The notes under the pieces are model-generated. The model did no database searches. It was not told where the DNA came from and saw nothing but the letters and a program-made list of their open reading frames with translations. From assembly GCA_964016885.1 (NCBI GenBank), contig OZ024743.1, positions 199,888,001 to 199,952,000 on the forward strand: a DNA stretch of 64,000 nt, given 5' to 3'. Below, in pieces: positions 54,372-64,000 of the stretch; the first letter of the stretch is position 1, and every line of letters starts with the position of its first letter. A program made the translations under genes and the position numbers. Source of the stretch: Eledone cirrhosa (taxonomy: Eukaryota).

Positions 54372-55740
54372 TGTATGTATGTATGTATGTATGTATGTAT
54401 GTATGTATGTATGTGTATATATGTATGTATGTACGTATGTATGTATGTGTATATGTACATATGTATGTATGTATGTACATATGTATGTATATATGTGTGT
54501 ACGTACATATGTATGTATATGTGTATGTACGTACATATGTATGTATATATTTATGTATATATATATGTACGTACATTTGTATGTATATATGTGTGTATGT
54601 ATGTATCCATTTATTCTCTCCTTTTATGTATATATGTATCTATTTATTTAACCCTGTCTCTCTCTTTTGGCCATTCTCTAGGTGTACATGTTTCTATCTA
54701 TTCACTTTATCTCCTATCTCTTTTCTCTCTCTCTCACTGTCTCTCTCTCCCCCCTCTCTCACACACACACTCTCCCCCTCTCCCCCCCTATCTCTCTCAC
54801 ACACACGCACACACACTCTCTCTATCTCTCTGCCGCTCTCTATGTGTGCATGTTTCTATCTATTTACTTCTCTTTATCCCCTTCTATCTCTCTCTCTCTG
54901 TGTTTGCATGTATGTTTCTATTTATTTATCTCTTGCTCTTCATAGTCTCTTTCTCTGTGGATGTATGTATCAAAATATTTACTTCGCTCTCTCTCTCTCT
55001 CCATCCCCCCCCCCTCTCCCTCTCTCTCTCCCTCTCTCTCTCTCTCTTCCTTATATCTCCATCCACATTTTTGCCCCCGCCCACCCGCACACCTCACTCA
55101 TACCCTCTTCCCTATCTATATACCCTCCTTTCAGTATTTCGATTGTTGTATGTTATCTAGACTATACAATTACCAAAAGTAATTGTCTTCAAGTATCACA
55201 CTACCGTACGAAAGGTATGGGTTGGATGGGGTTGCCATTCCAAGTCTCCCTGCCCCACCCATCCAGTACCTCCTTCCCAACCACCATACCCGAGGTAGAG
55301 AATGCCTCAATACCTCACCAGCACCACCGCCGCCACCACCACCAGCAGCACCACCGCCACCAGCAGCACCACCACCACCGTCACCACCACTATCACCACC
55401 ACTACACTGATATCATTTGTTTTATCAGTGTTGCCCTTCCACTGTTTTTATTGCTCCAGTGGTTGCTCTTGTTATTGTTACTATTGCTGCCGCCGTTGCT
55501 ACCAATGCTTTTGTTGTTTTTAGACTCCCCCCACCCCCCACATACACATATACACACTTTCCTACCAATTATGGTACCATCGGTAGAGCAACAGGTTAAA
55601 TGACTTCTGCTATTTAGTTACGACGATTTCATTCTCAGTTCAAATCCCACCGCTGCCTGAATTCGACGTTGTTGTCATTCATAGCTCTGGCGTCAGAAAC
55701 GAGTATCGATGAGTTCTTCTTCTTATTATTATTATTATTA

Positions 55741-55969
55741 AACTGGGAGAGGGCTTGCCCTGGTGGTCAGGGTCACTGTGGCTTTTTAATGGGCTTTCTC
55801 CACGAATGTCCCTCGGAGGTCTCCCCCGTATTGAATTTTTCATTGTTTTTTTTTTGTTACATCCTCTGTTTTTGTTTTTTACACGCAGAAATGCCCATTT
55901 GTACCGTCCTGTATTGTCCTGTACTGTCCTTAATGTCTACTTTATGTAAACCCTTGTGGTTAATAAAGA

Positions 55970-55973
<4 letters not shown>
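55741..55973 (+). mobile_element. 3' UTR fragment of another L1/Tx1 LINE family
   Basis: Ends CCCTTGTGGTTAATAAAGAAAGT followed by (ATT)16, like family B; preceded by an (ATT) tract. Confidence 0.7.
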
Positions 55974-56021
<48 letters not shown>

Positions 56022-56223
56022 GGTCTAATCGGACGTATTTTGCTCGCTCCCAGTAAGTCGCTTTATTTTCCTGTTAAAATTATTTGTTGTTAAATATTTC
56101 TTGTTGTGTAAGGGATATAAACCCTTAGACTTTGCCCTGTGAAGGGGAAAGTATAATATTTGGGCCTTTTTGCCCCAAATATTTGAACTTTTTTACATGT
56201 TAAAAAATTTACGGAAAAAAAAC

Positions 56224-58192
56224 ATGGCTGAGCCACGCCCCCAGCAATATGTCTGCTGTCGTGCGACAACGACGTAGAAGTTGAGAAGAGCGCTACAGCG
56301 AAATTAACACAAATTGATAACACAAACACCACCACAAACAATGTAAACAAAGACACCAATGATACCAATGAGAACTCTAATTTTGAAAAAAATGACAGTA
56401 ACAGCGACAACGAAAATACAGATAACAAAAAAAAAAATAACAAATGCAACAACAATATCATCACCACTAACATGAAAACAAATAGCGACAACACCAACAG
56501 CAACAATACCAACTGCACCGAGAACAACGGTGACAACAAAGACAACAATGATAACAGCGACAGTGCTAACAACACCAACAAGAACAACGACAACGACAAT
56601 AATACCCCCAACGAAAACAAGAAGAACACTTTCGCTGCGGCAGCAGCAAAAAAGAGGACATGCTTCAACATGGACCTCTCAAACAAAGATGAAAAGTTGG
56701 CCCAGGCATGGAAGCTCATCAAGCAAGAGCAAACCTGGGCCAACTTAACTCTCCCGGTAGAAGCTATTGAGGCAGTGGAGCGCAGAACGGTGCATTATAG
56801 ATGCATCTCAGCACAAACCAAAAGAGCAGCTTTAATCCCACAAGAAGATGTCGAAGTCGCGCTGGGGTGCATCAGAGAAGACACCGAATACATAGAGTGG
56901 GGCAGACAGTACGGCACCATTTCGGTGTTGTTCAAGTCAGAAGCCCTTGCTATGAAACACGCTATGACTCCTTTCAAAACCAGCAAGTCATAATGTACCC
57001 CTCCCACATGGGAAAAAGAACGGCCCGTCTCCGCATTCCCAGAATCCCACCAGGACTTGACATGTGGTGGCTTCTGGGATGTGTGATTGTGGAGGGGACG
57101 GATACCGTCCCTATAGAAGTGACCAGAATGGCCAGAGAGGACTGGTCCGGGGTTGACCTGGAGATCCTTCTCCAGATCAGGCCCGAGAATGTGAAGACAA
57201 TCCCGGACCACATCTGCCTTCACAATGGGACAGTTATTCACATTATGATCAAAGGCAAAAGGCCGCAGTGTTTTATTTGTGGGGAAAAAACCCATTTGCG
57301 AGCCTTCTGCCCTCAACTGCTGAAAGAAGTAAGGGGCCGAAAGGCTCCACTGCTGCTGACGCCGGGGCGAGGACCACAACCAACACCAGCACCGGCAAAA
57401 CCACCAACAACAACACCAATAGAAAGACCACCACCAACATTGACCACCCAGGAGGGAAACTTGGAAAGCTCTCAAATCCCCCCTCCTCCAAAAAATACAC
57501 ACACCGATAAAACCATAAACATACAAACAGACACACTTACAGACACAGACCTCTCATCTACCAGTAGTGAAGATGAGGGAAAACCAAAATCCCCCAAAAT
57601 AGAAAAGAGGAAACACAAAAAGAAAAAAGAAACTCAACAAAGCACAAAATCACCCAAAATAAAAAACACAGACACCACCCACGCAAACATCTCTCCAATA
57701 ACACCAACATCAACACCACCAGAATCTCCCAAACGCAAACAACCTAAACAGACGCAAGAACAAATATACACACAAACATCTGAAACCACAGACACCGTAC
57801 TCACAACAAACACAGATACAACCGAAACAACACCACCAAAACCATCACCACCACAGCCACGCAAACAAATAAAATCACACCAACAAAACATACATAACTT
57901 CGTGCTCGTCAGGAGAGCCAACAAGGAACTGATGGCCCTCGTAGCACGAAGTGAAAATATACAAAAATAGGGGGAAATTTTTAAATCGAGCACATTTCGC
58001 GTGCCGGGAGATTTGGTTCTGGTGCGAATGTCGATCGATTTATTCAAAGAAATACGAGACAGCTTTCCTCGGGACGTGGGAACCCCGAACGTAAAACCCA
58101 CTTCAAGACTTTTAAAGGGGTTCCCAAATGAAACCCCACCAGCTATGGAGGTCGAACAACCCGACCTTCACAAGAGCCCGGAAGGTAACTAA
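56224..58192 (+). pseudogene. LINE family B ORF1, frameshifted
   Basis: ATG at 56224; CFICGEKTHLRAFC knuckle; TAG at 57968, then an in-frame extension to 58192. Confidence 0.85.
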
Positions 58193-58223
58193 ACCTTCCT
58201 CTCTCTCTTTTTAACCTGCCAAC

Positions 58224-61200
58224 ATGGCCGTATTAAGAGTAGGATGTTTAAATGTTCGAGGCCTGGGATCGACCTGGTAGCAGGGTCACATGCTCAACGA
58301 CCTCAGGTCTATAGAAATGGATGTAATTGCCGTCAGCGAGACCAGGATTTCCGATATGCGCGCACTAGCCCCCATTTTTGACGACTATCAGATCTTTGCA
58401 ATGTTAGCCGGTCGGGAATCGGAGGCGGCGTGGCAGTGCTGTTTAGGAAAGGCCTGGATCTCGAGGTAAGGTCGATCTTCCGGGACCCTGACGGGAAGTT
58501 GGTCGTCCTGGACGTGAACAATAACGAAGGTGGTGCCTTTAGACTGGTGGCTGTCTATGCTCCTACTGGGGCAGGACGGCCGGACATCTTTAGACGCCTG
58601 GAAGCCTTTCTGGGTACGTCTCGCCCTTTATTGTTAGCGGGGGACTGGAACGGCATCTTAGACGCACGCTGGGATGGGTGGGAGTATCTGATAGGACCAG
58701 GGGGTGCAAAAGCCTCAAGAACCTGTTCAGCCAGTTCCAATTGTCTGACAGGTACCGACTAGATTTCCCTAATGCGCCAGTGTGGACCTGGGCTAACCGC
58801 ATAGGGTCATCTAGATCGTATATAGAAAGGATATTCATTATGAAAACAGACAGAAATAGTGTAAGCTGTCCACGTTTTGAAACGGTCGCTTATTCATATC
58901 ACAAGTTTGTGATCTGTATGGTCGACCTAGATAAGGCGCGTAGGTTAGGACCTGGTTACTGGAAGCTAAACATGTCATTTCCGGCACGTAAGGCTTACAG
59001 GGACCAGGTCAACAATTTAGTTAAGAAAAAGTTGACAGGGGGTGGGGGGGTCGTCAACAATAGATGATGGGGGGCTCTCAAAAGAGAGATTAGAGTAATG
59101 TCGATAGAGTTTAGCAAAGAAGTAGCGTTAGAGAAAAAATAGAAAGGAGAGGGAGTTGAAAGGTAAGTTAGACGAGGCTATTGGTAGTGGCATTTCAACT
59201 GATGTGCTAGCGGCGAGAATGGCATTAGACCATTTCTTCAATGCGAAACACGAAGGTTACATTGTCAGAGCTAAGGTGCGTGCTCTGAGAAACGAGGGAA
59301 CCAAAGTTGTTCGATGGGCCCGCGTGGCAGAGGCGCAGCGTGGTAATAAAACCACGTTTCTGTCTTTGACGGACTGAGACGGACACGAGCTGAGCGATTC
59401 CAAGCGGATGTGTGAGGCCTTTCGCCAACATTTTGCTCGGTTGTTCGGGGGAAGTGGCGGGTCAGAGATGGTGGCGGACTTCAGTCCCTACCTCGATGGC
59501 TTGCCGCAACTCTCGACGGCTGCCGTTGGGCGCTGCGAAAGGCCAATTACTTCAGCCAAGATTCAGGATGCCCTTGTCGGCTGCATGAGGCGCAAGTCAC
59601 CCGGTTTGGATGGTCTGCCCTACGAGCTTTACGTAAATATACCAGACTTCTTCTCCGAACTCTCGTAGCCCTCTACTGCAACTGGCAGAAAAACTGGAGT
59701 ATTCCCAGTCCTGTGAGCCGGGGCGTAGTGACGCTGATAAGGAAAGACGAGAACAAGGGGGATACATTAGAGAATTTCAGGCCCACAACTCTGCTCAACA
59801 CAGCGTTTAAGATTTTGGCCAGGGTGTTAGCGAAGAAGTTGGCGCTTGTCGTCGGGGACTTGGTTGGGGAGGCGCAAACTTGCGCAATCCCAACCAGGTC
59901 CATACACGACAACCTCCAGATAATGCGATACAGCGATACCTCATAGAGAGGGTAGGGTGTAAACCTGGATTCGGTGGGGATCTGATCAATTTAGATCAAT
60001 CGAAAGCATTCGATAGGGTCGACCATCTGTACCTGGAGGCTGTCCTCAAGGCGTCTGGCTTCGGCCCCGTCTTCAGAAGCTGGATCGCTGCAATGCACAG
60101 CGGCACCTGCTCGATGGTCAAAATTAATGGCCACCTCTCGGAACCGTTTCAGGTCTCCCGATCGGTCCGTCAAGGGTGCCCTCTCTCCTCCCTTCTGTAC
60201 GTATTGACTCTTGAGCCTTTACTGCAGAAGCTGGAGCTGTTGCAGGGAATCCCGCTCGAACCGGGACGCGGAAAGGCTGTGTCGGCTTATGCGGACGACA
60301 TCACCGTGATGGTGTCGGACACCTCAGAAATCGAGGTGGTCGGCAACTTATTGGAGGAATATGAAAGGTTGACGGGAGCAAAACTTGACCCGGAAAAGTC
60401 GGTGGGCTTGCAACTCGGAACCTGGTGAGGCATGTCCATGCCGCCCAACAGCGTCGTTAGGCGCTGGACGGACGGACCGGTAAAGTTGCTCGGGTTTGGT
60501 TCGGGCCAGACCACCAGGTGGATAAGAATTGGGACGAGGTGACGGGCAGGGTAGCCAGTCTCACCCAGAAATGGGCTGGGATGAAGCTATCACTGAAAGG
60601 TCGGGCGGAGGTGGCGAACACGTACATCGCGTCCGTTATCTACTACCGTCTGACCGTCGTCCCTTGTCCCCGTTCGCGCCTCGCCATCTTGGAGCGGCTC
60701 CTCTTCAAATTCTTGTGTAGGGGTCATGTTCTGCTGGTGAGGTGGTCCATCTGCTGCCAGCACCCTCTACGTGGAGGGCTGGGCATGCCGTGGCTAATGA
60801 TGCGCAGGCACGCGCTGAGGCTGCGGTATCTCCAGATATTCTGGCTAAACGGTGAACAGGTGTGGTCGCCGTTTGTCAGACAGGCCTTTCCGCAGCTCGT
60901 TTATTTGGCTGAGCTGCAGTCCTAGGTCAAGAAGAGACCGAGACCGGGTGACTGGCATCTGGAATGTTGCCAGGCACTCACTGTCCTCTACCAGGCGGGC
61001 AATGCGGTCAGTGGAACTTCCACTCTCGAATTCTATAGAGGATTAGTGGTGGGCAAGTGCGACGATGCACTCGGAGAGGCCCTGGGAGTCAACGAAGTCG
61101 AACTAACCAGTCTGTACCGGAGGACTTTCGAGCCGGGGACGATGGATAATTTCCAAAAATCCCTCGCTTGGCAGTGCTACCGGGGGGGAACTGCCGGTTC

Positions 61201-61658
61201 GAGATAAACTCTACAGGCACGGAAGTGCTGTCAGACGGACCTGCCCGAGATGCGCGCAGAGCGACGAAACCGTTCTGCACGCACTCGTCCAGTGTCCGTG
61301 CATTACTGACTTGTGGTGTTATGTTGAACAGCTGTTGTCGCGTGTAGAACGGATCCGGCTATCGGCCGAGTCCATAGTGAAGATCGACCCGCCGCCTTCT
61401 TTTGGCCAGGAAAGGCAGGCAATTTTCCTCTGTCTGGTGGCAGTAGCAAAAGAGGTTGTATGGTGGACGAGGTTGAAAGGACTGAAGACAGACACTTTTC
61501 TCTTCGGCCAATCTCCCATCAACTTTTTCAAGTTTCACCTGGAAAGGAAGGTGAGGGTGGAGAGAGAAGTGCTGTCCCCCAGTACATTTTCTGAAAGGTG
61601 GGTGAATGTGGCGAGAATGGCCCATGTGAGTGGGCCTACTCTGGTCATGCAGCTGTAG
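58224..61658 (+). pseudogene. LINE family B ORF2 (APE-RT-CCHC), with stops and frameshifts
   Basis: MAVLRVGCLNVRGLG start; GDWN; KSPGLDG; KAFDRVD; RQGCPLS; YADD; CPRCAQSDETVLHALVQC. Confidence 0.95.
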
Positions 61659-61961
61659 GTAGGTAAATTTGAGAAAAAGAGGGGGCACCCTCCCACGGTG
61701 CTCTCGAAGCGTCGGGTCGTTTAGGATTGGTGGGGTATCTGAGCGAAACCTGGGTGGTCATCACGCCCATTGGGGAATTTTTCTTGTTTTAATTTTATTG
61801 TTACTTTGTTATTGTGATTCATATTGTTTACTCGATTTTTCTGTAAAACCCCACTGTCCCAGTCTTTTGTATTGTCTCCTATATGTCGGCCCTTGTGGCC
61901 AATAAATGAAATCATTATTATTATTGTCTTTCTATTTTTTTCTTTTTTTCTGTTTATTTTT

Positions 61962-62294
<333 letters not shown>

Positions 62295-63769
62295 AGAATA
62301 GCTTATTTTAATATTAGATATCACTACACCCCCACCCTGTACTTATCAACCCCGAAAATAAGAAAGAAAGACAGAAGAATAGAAAGATTGAGCAAGTCTT
62401 GAATCAGAACAGAAAAATATAATAAATGAAATAAAATAAAAACTTAACTATATACCTCCGCCGTCATTTTGCCTGAGACTTTAGTGATTCAGCAAAGCCA
62501 CAGCATAATCGACTATTTCCCATCCCGTAAATATGTGGTGGTGCATCTATGCTAAAAGCAGTTGCAGACTGGCAGAACTGTGAGAGCCTAGCACAAAATG
62601 CCGGGCAGTATTTAGTTTCGACCGTTTACGTTCTTACGAATTCAAATCCTACCAAGGTCAACGTTGCTTTACTGTGGTTCATTTAATCGACTTCACTGTC
62701 CCAGATATTACCAGACCTGTCAACGCTCCCCGTCCGACTGGGAGATTTGCAATAGCTTTGGGATGGTTGAGAGATGACTTGACTTCTCTTGTGAAAATGG
62801 GTATAGTTTTCAATATGTAAAATCTCCGTATTTTACCTCATTTCTATTCGTTTTGGGGCACTTTTTTGTATGGTACTCCCCGTTTGGGCTTTTAGAGGTT
62901 GGCAGGTCTGTATTACTGGCCTTTCCCCTAAATTAGGAAACTTTTTTTGTAACGTACTATGAAGCTGGTGTTTCACATAGAGGGTATCTTTATAGTAAGA
63001 TATATTCATATTTCTACCGGGATTCAAGAAAAAAAATAACAGGTTTTATTTTGTTTTTTTGTAACATTTTCTTCTTCTTTTACAGCCGACAAAGTCCTAA
63101 CTCCAGTTAATGAACTAACAGACAATATTGCTAGAAATAAGATAAAAGTAAATTTAAAAACCTATGTTTCCGTAAAAACAACAGTAACTAATGTTTTCTA
63201 AATCTGGCAAAATGCCAATCCTTTTGGTAGAGGCAATACTCAATTTACTTTCCTTTTTCTTCATTTTATGAAGAATGATGTCCTCGGCGGAATAGAAACT
63301 CAGGACATTAAGGACTATAATTAAATACTGTAAGGCGTTTATGAGGAGTTTTGATGATTCATTAATTTACTACCCTTATTAACAATTTCAAGCACAAACT
63401 TATGGACGTGGTGTTATCGCATGTTTAACAAATTTGGCTCGCAATCATTAAGTCCTGAGTTCAAAACTTCTATCTGTCCTTTTAGACCTGTGTTATTTAC
63501 CATCTCTGTAGATCGACTAATTTTTCGTAAATTGAAATTAGATAGACTGAAACTGTTTGGAAGGCCGTCGGATTGACCGTGTCTCTAATTAAAAGGCCCG
63601 GGTTTAGCATACACTGTGTATCGCTAGATTTTTCTCAGAATTAAGTTATGGGTATATGTGGCTGTGGAATACTCAACCAATTACACGCTAATTTTATTAT
63701 TTAACAATTGGGACATTCGTCGTCAAATCAGATCATAAATATACGGTCACAGATTATTAGAGGATGTTA

Positions 63770-63905
63770 CTATTAAATCTATACAAGTACTTGACTTAAA
63801 TCCATACTAGTACTTGACTTAAATCTATTCTAGTATGTTACTTAAATCTATACTAGTACTTTACTTAAATCTATACTAGTACTTTACTTATATCTATACT
63901 AGTAT
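63770..63905. repeat. 22-bp tandem repeat (ACTTAAATCTATACTAGTACTT-like), about 6 copies
   Basis: Read directly. Confidence 0.85.
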
Positions 63906-64000
63906 TTTGCTGGTATTTAATTTATTGTTGCCGGAAGGATAGAAGGTAAAGTTAACATCAATGAGATTTGAACTCAGAACGTAAATAAACGAAAGGTATT

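Larger units (their letters stand above)
56022..61913 (+). mobile_element. L1/Tx1-clade LINE, family B, full-length (~5.9 kb), decayed
   Basis: 5' end GGTCTAATCGGACG after (ATT)16; 3' end AATAAATGAAATC followed by (ATT)4; colinear inverted homolog of 4127-9909. Confidence 0.95.

Overview
Repeat-dominated eukaryotic (metazoan) genomic DNA. The SINE types and microsatellite load suggest an octopus-like mollusc; this is inference only. No host protein-coding gene could be supported. The window holds (i) five copies or fragments of L1/Tx1-clade LINEs (ORF1 with CCHC knuckle; ORF2 with APE, RT and CCHC), all decayed, with an (ATT)n tail and an ATT-containing flank at every junction visible in the window, some stacked head-to-tail; (ii) about a dozen type I minimal hammerhead-ribozyme motifs, intact to degenerate, in short modules set in (TA)n tracts and often folded back as long inverted repeats, most consistent with Penelope-like element (PLE) pseudo-LTR remnants; (iii) many tRNA-derived SINEs and two tandem hAT MITEs sharing a TSD; (iv) an ~11.7 kb 30-bp minisatellite with higher-order duplications; (v) abundant microsatellites, which produce most of the spurious ORFs in the track. 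All motifs and pairings were read by eye, so boundaries of degenerate repeats are approximate.
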